A stretch of 64,000 bases of DNA from Plasmodiophora brassicae. Taxonomy: Eukaryota. Location: NCBI GenBank assembly GCA_036867785.1, contig CP145413.1, positions 62,001 through 126,000 of the forward strand. The letters are read 5' to 3'. Below are positions 1 through 10,800 of the stretch, one piece after another; the stretch's first letter is position 1; every line of letters begins with the position of its first letter. Below the pieces are notes generated by a model, which was given only the letters and a program-made list of their open reading frames with translations, made no database searches and was not told where the DNA came from. The position numbers were made by a program, and so were the translations under genes.

Positions 1-2141
1 CGCTGCCGTCGCCCGTGCAACGCGCCGCCGCCCTCGCCACGCCGCTGGCCGCCGTCGCCCTGGCCAGCGCCGACCCGCAGACGCAGCGCATCGCCCTGGC
101 CGCCCTCGCCTGCCTGCCCGTCGTCGGCGTCGTCGCCTGCGTCGTCGAGCCCGTCGCCGTCGTCGTGCTGTGCGGCGGCGGCGGCGCCCGCGCGTCCTCG
201 TCGCGTGCTCGCCGGGCCTGGCGCCGCGCCATACACCGGACGATCGCCACCAGCAGCAGGCGCCGGTCGGTGATCGGCGCGCCGCTACCCGACCGGTCGT
301 TCGTCGACCTGCTCGACGCGTTCCTGCCGGACGCCGACGAGTGCCGGCGGCGCCCGGTCCGGCGGCGACGACGTCGCGTCAGGCCCGCGACGACCATGAC
401 GGTGCGCGTCCTGCGCCGCCTGCACGTCGTGGCCGTCGTCCCTGTCGCGGTCGGCGTCCTGGCCGCTGGCATCGCCCTGACCGACGTCGAGCGGGCGGCG
501 CGCCCCACGACGTTGCCCGTGACGACGGCCGACCTGGAGGCGGCGCGCGACGTGTTCGACGGCATCGCCGACCCGCCCCCGTCGTCGTCGTCGTCGCGCC
601 CGGTGCTGGCGACCGTCCTGCAGCAGCCGCCGGGCGACGACGACCATCGGCTGCCGGTGGCGGTGGCCGCGTCCGTCGACGACCTGATCGTGCGGCCCGG
701 CGCCCCGACGTCCCTGTCGGCGATCCCGGTCGGGACGACGGCCGTCGAGGCGCACTGGTCCTGGCCCGCCTACAACGGGTCGTCGCCGATCGCCTCGTTC
801 GCCCTGCTGTACCGCGACGACGACGGCGGCGGCGGCGGCCCATGGCGCGTGTACGACGCCGGCGACGCCGACAATGACGGGTCGCTGGCGCGCATCGTCG
901 GCGGCCTGCGCCCGGCCACGTCGTACGCGTTGCGGGTCGTGGCGCGCAACGCGGCCGGCTTCGGCGTGCCGTCCGACGCCGTCCCCGTCGCCACGTTCGG
1001 CCTGGCGCGACCCGCGCCGCCCGCCCCCACCGGCCTGCGCGTCGCGTACGACGCCGCCGCCAACGCCGTCAACGTCACCTGGGCGCCGGGCGCCGCCAAC
1101 GCGTCGTTCACCCTCGAGATGCGGTCGGCGGCGGCGGCGGACGACGACGACGACGACAAGTACAGCGTCGTGTACGCCGGGTCGGCGCCGGGCACGCGCC
1201 TGACGATGCCGGCCTGCACCGGCCGGGACGCCGTCCGGTACTGGTTCCGGGTGCGCGCCAGCCCGAACGCGTCGTCGGCGGCGTCGGCGCCGTCCGCCCC
1301 GGTCGCCGTCGTCGGCATCCCCGATCGGGTGCCGCTGGCGCCGCCCCGCCCGCGCCTGCTGTCGGCGCCGGGCGACGCCGCCGCCACGCCGATCCGCATC
1401 GGGGCGGGGCGGCCGGCGTGCTGGGCGCCCGGCGACCGCCTGCGCGTCTGGGTCGGCGGCGATGACGACCGGTGGGACGCGCACGACGTCGACGACGACG
1501 GTGGCGTGTTCGCCGACAACGGGACCGGCGGCGCCGCCGCCCCCCGGTCGTACAAGACGGCGAGCGTGAACCGGGCCGGCACCGGGCCCTTCTCCGCCGT
1601 CCTGACGGTGACGCTGGGGAACGCGACGGCGAACGCGACGGTGGCGGCGGCGCTCGAGGGGGAGGCGGCGGGCGGGCGGTTCGACGTGGACGACGGGGCG
1701 GTCCTGCCGCGACGGATCGTGGTGGGCGGGGCGGGCGGCGTCGTCGCCGCCGTCCTGCTGCTGGGGGCGACGCGGCGCTTGTCGCGCGGCGAGCTCCTGG
1801 TCGTCCTGGGCAACGGCGTCGGCGTCGGGGCGGTCGGCGTCGGCGCGGTGCACGCGGCCGGGTACCCGGTCGACCAGGTCAGCGGGACGGTGCTGCCCGC
1901 CGTCGTCGGCATCGCGCTGCACGCCTCCGTCCTGGGCCTGCGGCAGCGCACGGCCCGCCTGGCGCTGGCGACGCTGACGACGACGGCGCTGTCGGTGGCG
2001 GCCGTCGCCTGCCTGCCGCTGGTGCTCGTCGGGCAGGTCACGTTCCTGAAACAGCTCGGCGTCGTCTTCGCCGTGTCGCTCGCGTCCGCCTGCCTCGTGA
2101 CCTGCGCCACGTTGTCCGGCCTTCGCGCGTTCGACGCCTAG
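1..2141 (+). CDS. 5'-truncated multi-pass membrane protein: degenerate RND/Patched-Dispatched-like TM segments flanking 2-3 fibronectin type III domains
   Basis: Open frame from the window edge to TAG at 2139-2141. FN3 motifs: PGAPTSL..W..P.YNGSSPIASFAL.Y, LRPATSYALRVVARNAAGFGVPS, YWFRVRA, YKTASVNRAGTGPFS. C-terminal five-TM block ending GQVTFLKQLGVVFAVSL resembles TM8-12 of SSD/RND proteins. Confidence 0.65.
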   Translation, partial: LPSPVQRAAALATPLAAVALASADPQTQRIALAALACLPVVGVVACVVEPVAVVVLCGGGGARASSSRARRAWRRAIHRTIATSSRRRSVIGAPLPDRSFVDLLDAFLPDADECRRRPVRRRRRRVRPATTMTVRVLRRLHVVAVVPVAVGVLAAGIALTDVERAARPTTLPVTTADLEAARDVFDGIADPPPSSSSSRPVLATVLQQPPGDDDHRLPVAVAASVDDLIVRPGAPTSLSAIPVGTTAVEAHWSWPAYNGSSPIASFALLYRDDDGGGGGPWRVYDAGDADNDGSLARIVGGLRPATSYALRVVARNAAGFGVPSDAVPVATFGLARPAPPAPTGLRVAYDAAANAVNVTWAPGAANASFTLEMRSAAAADDDDDDKYSVVYAGSAPGTRLTMPACTGRDAVRYWFRVRASPNASSAASAPSAPVAVVGIPDRVPLAPPRPRLLSAPGDAAATPIRIGAGRPACWAPGDRLRVWVGGDDDRWDAHDVDDDGGVFADNGTGGAAAPRSYKTASVNRAGTGPFSAVLTVTLGNATANATVAAALEGEAAGGRFDVDDGAVLPRRIVVGGAGGVVAAVLLLGATRRLSRGELLVVLGNGVGVGAVGVGAVHAAGYPVDQVSGTVLPAVVGIALHASVLGLRQRTARLALATLTTTALSVAAVACLPLVLVGQVTFLKQLGVVFAVSLASACLVTCATLSGLRAFDA

Positions 2142-2467
2142 GTTAGGTACGTAGCAATACACGTCGACGTCGTCGTGGGACGCCCGGTAGGTACGACATG
2201 GGAGGCAGGGCCAACGTGCGGCGCGCTCCCCGCCGATGATGATGGGCGGCAACCGGTGTTTAGTCGGATGCAGCGGATGACATATTCGGCCCTGTGTGTG
2301 CTCATGATCTATGTGCGATATTCATTCTGCCGGTGAAGAACGTTGACGCGCCACGATGATGGGCGGCCACATCGGGGATGGTGACTGCAGCCGAGTGCGA
2401 ACGCAACCGTCTTTCAGCAGGGGGGCAGGCAACAATCGAAACGACCAACCATGATTGGACGGGGTGA

Positions 2468-2721
2468 CCTGACCTGTCAACTTGGGGCACCGCCACACAC
2501 GGTTGCCACGCCACTGTTGGTGGCGCGGCGGTACCCCACGTTGACACAGGTCAGGCAGGTCGACGGTCGTCGGGCACGCAATAGGTCGATATTGGGTCGT
2601 CACGCCCCAAAAGTCGGCAGGAAATCGCCTGCCTTCAGAAATCATCAGCGTCGGGACTGCTGGGGCATGGCGACCCAATGGTCGATCGACCTATTGCATG
2701 CGCATTATCCACTTGATAATG
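2468..2721. repeat. Two long imperfect inverted repeats (hairpins) plus one small one in intergenic DNA
   Basis: Arms 2468-2494/2527-2555 (CCTGACCTGTCAACTTGGGGCACCGCC vs reverse complement CCTGACCTGTGTCAACGTGGGGTACCGCC); arms ~2574-2609/2661-2701; CATTATC..GATAATG at 2703-2721. Confidence 0.8.
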
Positions 2722-2927
2722 GGCATAACGGCAAGATTGACACGAAACTTCCGGGGTATCAAGGTCCTTGCCGCGCCCATGGAAATCCGACGAAGCGCGC
2801 GCATCGGGTCATGGATGTACGGGTGTCACATGCACTGGAAGCGGAACCGCGACGGAACGACTGCGGGCCAAGCCCCATCGTGCCAGCAGACGCGTGGCGG
2901 AGTCCGTGGCGGACTTTCCGGCCCCAA

Positions 2928-3716
2928 ATGGGCGGCACGACGCGGAAGAGGATGGCCGCCAACCCGATCGAGTATTCCTCGTCGTCGTCCAGTGACGGAG
3001 ACCACGACGACGCCGTTGGGATCGATGATGCCGCCAATGACGATGAACTGGACGGCGTAACGGGGGAACTGGACAGCACCGCTGCCCGGCCGACAGGCCA
3101 TGATGAGGAGATGATCGAGGCCGAGTTTGACTTTTACGATCCGCAGGACAGCGATTTTCACGGCGTCAAGGCGTTGCTGAATTCGTTCATGGACGGGGCG
3201 TACGCGTCCGAGCTGGCCAATACCATCGTGGAGCAGACTGTGCTAGGCACGGTCGTCAAAACGAATGGCTATCCGGTCGCCGTTGTTTCGGTGGTTCCGC
3301 TCCCAGATGCCCTCGCGGCCCGCCTGCGCCGCAAATGGCCTTCGCATCAGAACGTTATCGACGACAAACGCACCGGTCTCCTCGTCTACGCCCGATTCGT
3401 CAACGTACCGTTCGAACTTGTCCCGAACATGTTCGCGTCCGTCGCCAAGGACATCTCCTGGGCCGTCCAGAACGCCGGCAGGCAGTACGATTTCGACGTC
3501 CTCCTCTGCCCTGCGCGTCACGCGCCACCGCAACCCAAGAAGAAGTCCAAGGCCGCCCGATCCGACCCCGACTTCCTGTTCGCCGAACTCGACGCTGTCA
3601 GCAATGTCGCCGTCCAACGCCTCCCCATGTCGCCGACGCTGACGATGCTCGTTTTCCACCGCGCCAGGCTCCCCAGCATCGTCCAGCGCCTGCATGCCGC
3701 GTTCGATGCCCGATAA
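2928..3716 (+). CDS. BCP1: BCP1/BCCIP family protein (uL14 chaperone, 60S export)
   Basis: Acidic N-terminus followed by IEAEFDFYDPQDSDFHGVKALL, LGTVVK and GLLVYARFVNVPFELVPNMF. Intronless; ATG at 2928 chosen over the upstream ORF start. Confidence 0.9.
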   Translation: MGGTTRKRMAANPIEYSSSSSSDGDHDDAVGIDDAANDDELDGVTGELDSTAARPTGHDEEMIEAEFDFYDPQDSDFHGVKALLNSFMDGAYASELANTIVEQTVLGTVVKTNGYPVAVVSVVPLPDALAARLRRKWPSHQNVIDDKRTGLLVYARFVNVPFELVPNMFASVAKDISWAVQNAGRQYDFDVLLCPARHAPPQPKKKSKAARSDPDFLFAELDAVSNVAVQRLPMSPTLTMLVFHRARLPSIVQRLHAAFDAR

Positions 3717-3918
3717 ATAGATCGTTTCGCACGTGTGCAGCGCCGATTGTGTCCTGCTGGCGCCAGCAGCGTACACCGTACTGCTTGCGGGCACTGTATC
3801 AGTCGAATCCGATGGCGCACTGCGGCCCGAGTGGCGAGTCTCGGCCTTTCACGGACTTGCGGCGCGTCGTCGCGACCTGTCGACCACCGATTGACGACAG
3901 GCGCGTGTCTGATCAGCC

Positions 3919-4773
3919 ATGGGTGAGCGCAAGGTTCTCAACAAGTACTACCCGCCCGATTTCGACTGGACGAAGCTCCCGCGGAACCGGAAGCCGATCG
4001 ACCGGCAGGAGACGGTTCGGACGATGCTGCCGATGAACGTGCAGTGCATGTCGTGCGGCGAGTTCATGTACGCCGGCAAGAAGTTCAATGCCAAGAAGGA
4101 GCTGGCCATCGGCGAGGACTACTTGACCATCAAGGTCTACCGGTTCTACATCAAATGCGTCATGTGCTCGGCGCAGATCACGTTCAAGACGGACCCGAAG
4201 AACGGCAGTTACGTGTGCGAGAGCGGCGCGAAGCGCAACTTCGAGCCCTGGAGGGAAGACGCCCAGGAGAAGGAGCAGGCCGAGTTGGTCCAAGAAGAGG
4301 AGGCCGACGATGTCATGAAGGCGCTCGAAACCCGGCAACAGGAGAGCAAACGCGAGATGGAGCAGCTGGAGGCGCTGGAGAGCCTCAAGGCGCTTAGCGC
4401 CAGGCACAGCCAGAGGACCGCCGAGGAGCTGCTGCTGGCCCACCAGAGGAAATTCCAGTCCACCATGGATGTACTCGAAGCCGAGGACGAGGAGGAAGTG
4501 CGGCAACTGTTCCACTCGAGCGACGCACCGAGAATCTGTCGACGTCGAATTGACGACGAAGACGATGATGCCGACGGCGACCGGGAGGTGGGGAGTAACC
4601 CGTTTGCGGAACCGGCCGCGGCCACTGCCGCTGACAAGGAGCCGAGTAGTACGCCGCAGGATCCCATTGCTGTCGTGAGGCGGCCCGTCAAGAGAAGGCG
4701 CGGCGTTCCTGACCAGGGCAAATCGGCGCCTGCCGGTTTGTTAGCGGCGTCGTATGGGTCCGATTCCGACTAA
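3919..4773 (+). CDS. YJU2: Splicing factor YJU2/CCDC94 (Cwf16)
   Basis: MGERKVLNKYYPPDFD, two CxxC pairs, GKKFNAKKE, TFKTDPKN..Y.CESGAKRNF. Confidence 0.95.
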   Translation: MGERKVLNKYYPPDFDWTKLPRNRKPIDRQETVRTMLPMNVQCMSCGEFMYAGKKFNAKKELAIGEDYLTIKVYRFYIKCVMCSAQITFKTDPKNGSYVCESGAKRNFEPWREDAQEKEQAELVQEEEADDVMKALETRQQESKREMEQLEALESLKALSARHSQRTAEELLLAHQRKFQSTMDVLEAEDEEEVRQLFHSSDAPRICRRRIDDEDDDADGDREVGSNPFAEPAAATAADKEPSSTPQDPIAVVRRPVKRRRGVPDQGKSAPAGLLAASYGSDSD

Positions 4774-4849
4774 TACATGTATAATAGTACGAATGTGCCA
4801 ACGACGGTGCTGTCCAACATACATAGTACATTTCGATTCTTCGGTAGAT

Positions 4850-7800
4850 TCACCAGAACGGGCACCACCCGATGTAGCACTGGCACAGGTTCTCGTGCGA
4901 CGTTGCTTGCAGAACGAGTCGTTGCACTTGGGACGGTATGTCCTACAGGCGCTGTCAACCACGGGAAGGGTCAGGGTATAGAGCGTGTCCCAGACCAGTG
5001 TTTCGCCGGCAAAGTCGCGCCCAGTCAGTTTGTTGTGCACACGGGAGATCACGGACAGAGCCCTTTCGTTCAAGACAAGCGAATCGCGGTGCGCGGCAAC
5101 TTCTTGGCTAGCCGTGACGAACGACGATCCTGCAGAGAGACAAGGCCGACCCCGTCACCGACTTGACAACGGAGACATACCCGCCTTACCAGGGATAAAG
5201 TCGTCATCGTCGGGGGGCTTCACACCAGAGTGATAGTGCCTGGGCCCTCCGGATGTGTCAGGTCTATCGCCGGTCAGCATACCAGACGGGGCCGTCGACG
5301 ACGGTGCATCATCTTGTTTCAGCAGCCGCCAGTTGATCAGCGGGTCGTGGACAAATGCCTAGCACAACACCTCAGTGGACTGGAACCTCTTGCCCGGGAG
5401 GAGGTCGCACCTCCAGCACAGCCATGACGCTGTCTTTGTGCTCTCTCAGCACCCCCAACACCATCTGACATGTCAGCCGAAAGTTGCCCTCGATCCCCGA
5501 CACTTCCATCGCATTGACCAGCATCCGAGTCAAACGGAACGGAATCTTCTCGGGGAACTGCGGCAAGGCACGGTCAGACCAGCGTCGCCGTCAAGCACCA
5601 GGACAGAGGGAGGGAAGGAGGCACCTTTTCACGTGTCATGGCGACCTCGAAACAGTCGCCAAAGTCGATGTGAATAATTTTCCCAGTAACTCGGTCAATC
5701 ATCAGGTTGCAGGGGTGCCGATCGCCCAGGCCGAGAATGTACCCGACCATCGACGCTACGGCTAGCGAGCGGGTGTAATTCATCCGTCGCTCCAGCCATA
5801 CTGGAAAGCCAGTGTCACAACGCATACCCGATACACAACGTCCGTCAAATAATGACGACATACTTTCCGACGTTCTCGACTTCAGCCACAAGACATTGTG
5901 AAGATCCATGCCCGTTGTGTTCGCAAGCGTGTGCTCGAAGACCTGCGCCGGGATCACATAAACAACGTATTGGATTGTTCTAAAACACATCAGGGTACCT
6001 CAATCTTCTGCATTAATGTCAGCTTGGCGTAGTCCGGAGACATCTGCGTCATGAGCCTGTGCTCGATGTTCAATAGCAACTTGCGAGATTCACGGTACTC
6101 TTTGATCAGAAAGTGCATCGTGTCGCAATTGGGCATCCATTCAATCAGGCCAGAATTGGGCGCTAGCGGGATAGTCGAGTACCTACCAGGTTGACATGTT
6201 GATGAGCAATGCGAGGTACACTAGGACGCGATTACCTCTTGATGTCCAGGTCATACGGAGCAGTCTGGCGTTCACTACGAAGAAGCGTGTTCACTAGCCC
6301 AAACAGCTGCATGACCCGTTCATCTTGCCGCAGGTCTTCATGACCTTTCAACAGGAACGCATAGTTATGCCCATCGGATCCCAGGATGACTAGCTTTCTG
6401 TTCGACAAACCGAATCAGCGACGTACAGGCCAAATAGAATTGCCTTTCGCTACCGAGGCCGTTGCTTGCTCTCAATGACTTTGAGCACAGGATCGAACTG
6501 CGCGATATTGACGACAGGTTTCCCGGCTTGATATGTCCCAGGAACTGCCAGCACCAGGTTGCGAGCATTGACCAGTCGCGGCGAGACAACCGGGAGTTCA
6601 AGATCGCTCAGCACCGTCATTTGCTTCGCGATTCGACGAAACACATGACAGTACCTGCGCCACGATACGTTACATAACGCGTACCCAAGAAGACGACGAC
6701 GTACAGTTCCCAAGCTGCGTTCAGATCCGCATCGTTGCTGCTGATGGAGTACTTCTTGCACCATTCACGAGCCTCCTGCAAATCACGTCCAAACATTTGC
6801 TGTCACAGAAACCGGCGGTTAGCCTATACGTGGACGACACAAGTGCGGCCTTGCAACCTGAAACGACACTTCTCGCATTGTCTGCGGTCCCTTGTCCATC
6901 ATGGCGTGAAGTGGCTCCAGAATTGCAAGCATGGCCGGGATGTTCTTCGAGCCGAAATACAGTCGCGAAGCTTCTTCAAGACCCTGCAACGCTCATGTCC
7001 AGCACCGTCTTCAGGCCGAAGACGGTAATCCCTACCTCATGCCAGAGTTCATGCCACAAGATGGCAACACGAATCAGCTCATGTGATACCAGCGAGGCCT
7101 GACGACGACGCGCGGTCAGCGTCGCCTAACAGTTGACACCAAGCCAAACCAACCTGGTCCACGAGGACCGACGAATGCTTGCGCATATCATCCAGCACAA
7201 GCTTTGCACCCGAAGACCGGTCGACAGAGGCAGACTTTGCAGCGACCTAAACAAACAGCGACTCAATTACAGTGACGTGTTTTCGGAACTGGCAAACAAC
7301 GCACACACCGTTAGGGGGTACACTAAGGCCTGAGGGTGGTCGCGGCCGATACGGCAGAGGAGAGCGTAAATAAGCTCGCGAATTGCTGGCGTCGATGTGT
7401 GAATTCTTGCAATAATTTGAGGGATAACCTGAGGGCGCTGTCAACGGACACTAGCAATGCATGGCACATTTGTAGACCTCCAGCCATGTCTCGATAGTTG
7501 ACATCGAGAGCCCACGTTTCAGCGCAACGTTCACTTCTGCTTGAGATCCATACCGAAAGACCAAATCGAGGATACGCAAAGCGTTTTGAAGAGCATTACG
7601 TCCGTCACCATATGCCAGAGCACGAAAAAACCTAACATCACATTGTTCAATCCCTGACTCACCCCAGATGTGAATAGAGCACCCAAGCATTACCCTTCTA
7701 CGGCAGATACGACATATGACGACGAGTAACCCTGTCCCGATAGCGCAAAGTTGAACAGAGCGAAAGACTGCCAGCACTTGAAGCAAGACTGCCCGTCTAC

Positions 7801-10800
7801 AGACACACGATTAACAAGTCGTTCGTAGGCAGGGGGTCTGTGGCGACAAACCAAATTGAGTTGCTCGACTGTACAACGACATCAGCTTGTCGACAGATGG
7901 ATCGCGCGGCGTTAACTTTGTCAGCTGTTGAAAACACGCACCACCCGGTTAGGCCGTGCCAGCGATACAGCAGCCCAGGTTATACTGACATCACCACTGA
8001 GCCATAATGCTAACTTCCGGTGCGACCTGCTTGCTAGCAGGCTTCGACGAGCAACGGCATCAGCATCAACCTCGCTGACGAACCTGGAGAGTTGGTCTCT
8101 CGCAAGCGCATACGAGCCCTGTGCGAACAAGTGCTTGCACATTGCGAACCTGTGGAAACACGTAAGCGGGGCCACAGCATAACGACCCGATTCGATGCGC
8201 CTACCTGACTCGGTAGTCGGTTTGGTCCAGGGACGTAATCGTGCGGAGGGACAGATCCAGGAGAGGAGGCGATGAATTGCGGCACAGTGATGCAAACTTC
8301 AGACGGACGTCGATCTCGGATGCCGGATCTATGACAAGTGCACGAATTGCGAGCAGGTTTACCCACACGTGAACATCCGCTTGACATCCATAAAGACGCT
8401 TGGTCCACATTTCTTGCAGCACCAGTCGACGCTCAGCATTGTCGCACTCTCGATATTCAATTATGTCTTCCAGCTACGTACAGCATACATGTCAGCTTGG
8501 CACTTGCGAGTCCAGAGGCGATCGTACTTCGGCAAGTTCCTGCAATCGTAAAATTTCTCTGTATGCGCGCAGGTATCCCTTGCTGACAAGGGCGCCAATG
8601 GTCGAATTGTGATGGGCCCTGTCGCGATCAATCAGGGCGCGAGCTCGCCCAAAGTTTCCATCATGCACCGCCGTCAGCGCATGATAAAACAGGGACTCGC
8701 TGGCAAGCTACGCCCAGAAACCAATCAGTCGTACAGATAGCGAAGGTGACCGATGCCGTACCTGGTCTGTTGCCGTGTCGGCGCCAGAGTACTGGTTAAT
8801 TGACCCAGAACCGAAGAAGGACGCGTCCATGGCCTCGACGAACTTGCCAATCTCACTCCAGCGTCCCAGATGCCAGGCGGTTTCTGCACCGAGATGCGCC
8901 ATCCGCTGTCGAACGCTCGTGTCGTGGTCGCCAATATGTGGCCACCAGACCTTCGAGATGAGCGTCCACAATCGCTCCCATTCACATAGTGCCTAGGTAG
9001 GCCACCGTCAACACCACCAATACCTCAGACTCGGTAGTGCAGCGAGTTACATTCAGACATCGCATTCTACCGAGAGCGACCTCGGCATTAGTCGGTTCTG
9101 ACAGCTGTCGCCTTTCGTACGCATACAAGGCATCAGTCCAGCGCTGGAGCTTTTCGTACCATTCTTCACGAAGGTCGGTGTTGACCTGAGGGCAGACGGA
9201 CCGCCCATATTCCAAGATACCCACTAACGGCCAGTTCGTAAATAAGCCCCGAAACGGTTGCACCGATCTAAGAGACCTGCAGCCTCAGGCTGTTGAAGTT
9301 GATTGTTGATGGCGATCAGAGCTTCGATCGATGACGTCGTTGTTGTAGCGTTGGCCCTAAATTCGCACTCCTTGTAGTGCAGGGCCTAGGACGCAAACGT
9401 CAAGTACGTTATCGCTCTGAATGATGCGATAAACCTTTGCGAAAGCGTGGCATTTGCTGGCCAGCTCGGATAATGTGCCAATCGAAATCGGAAGAGGGTT
9501 GTCGTCGTGTTCCATAAATTCAGCCTAAAACCGCATTGTGAGATGACAGAGTCACTAGGGGTACCAAAGGCAGCTAATGACCAGATTAAGCAACGTCTGA
9601 ATCAGTTGAGGCGGAGCAGTTTGAGAGGTGAAAGCTGGAAACAACGTCCCGTTAACAGTGCGAAAGCATATCATTCTTTGCAACCTACCTGTCTCGAGCG
9701 ATCGAAGCAGGTCGTCCTGGTACTGGTCGTACAAATCTGTCCAGCATGATGCGAACGCAACGTTGAACCTAAGGTAATAAGCATCAGGTACGCGGCTGAT
9801 GGCTGTGATAATACGTGATGGACAATTGGTGAGCTAGAGGGTGATATTTCTGAGCAAGGGCCGAACATGATCTCAGGGCAGGACTTGGAGATTCTTTCAG
9901 AAGCTCAACTGCGAGTCTCCGAAACCACTCCATCCAGTCATCACGCGTGGATCGCTGCGACGTCTCCCAAGCCTGTATGCACACCATTAAACGGATGCAG
10001 AAATCCATGTCGACACAGCCACCGACTTTCTTCAGATTAGTTTGCGAGATATGGAGCTTTTTGATTGGCCCAAGCGCATCCAGAGGCATTGGCGACGCGT
10101 CTTGGTTAGATGGCGATGAGGATAACCGCGACCCATTGCCCCGAACAGAGGCGCCAGCTGATTCCGTGAACGAAAGACAGCTTCCTCCAGTCCCTGCAGG
10201 GTGTAGAACCGCATTGACTAACGATAGGTATCGAGATGCAGGTAAATTCTGTCGCGTAATCACTTTGCCAATCTGAACAACAGCGAAGCCATTAACCGCT
10301 TGAATACACATTGAGCGAGAGACATCCGTTACGAGAGGAACGAAGATGGTAAAATCCCTCCCGAGCTGGATAAGCAGCGCGCAAAGTAGGTCGACGATTG
10401 CGTTTCGCAGGTCTGCAGGGGTATTGTCGCTGCTGAGAATTCGAACCAAGGGGTGAATAATACGCGACGCATAACAGGTCTGTTCGAGCAGATTCCTGTC
10501 AAAAGGGTCCATCAATCGGAACATATGGGAATACCAGCTGGTTCAGGGGCGTGCTGACAAGCGCTGCTAGGGCTCGAACGCACTGCAAACGAGTCTGGAG
10601 CTGAACGTCCACATCGCCAGCAAGGCGTATCAGGGGCGGTACGACGAGGAAGAAATAGTCATTCAGATTAGGAGCCAGTGTTTCAATGGCATGGATAACA
10701 ACGGTCATGGTCGACAACGCCGACGGGGATGGAGCCGTATTGTACTGCAGCAGCGTCAGCATTCGAGGAAGAATTTCAGGGATGTAAACCTGCGGCAATG

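Noticed and set aside
285-2252. 655-aa and 446-aa antisense ORFs, and similar long shadow ORFs elsewhere (18512-19825, 45431-46663, 52686-53768, 60479-62083)
   Set aside because: Stop-poor shadows of GC-rich real genes on the other strand or frame; R/P/A/G-rich with no motifs.
2237-2370. Repeated GATGATGGGCGGC and a box C-like TGATGA suggesting a C/D snoRNA
   Set aside because: No convincing box D with terminal stem or rRNA-complementary guide identified.
2451-2927. N-terminal extension of the BCP1 ORF
   Set aside because: Non-conserved, runs through the hairpin region; BCP1-like sequence begins at ATG 2928.
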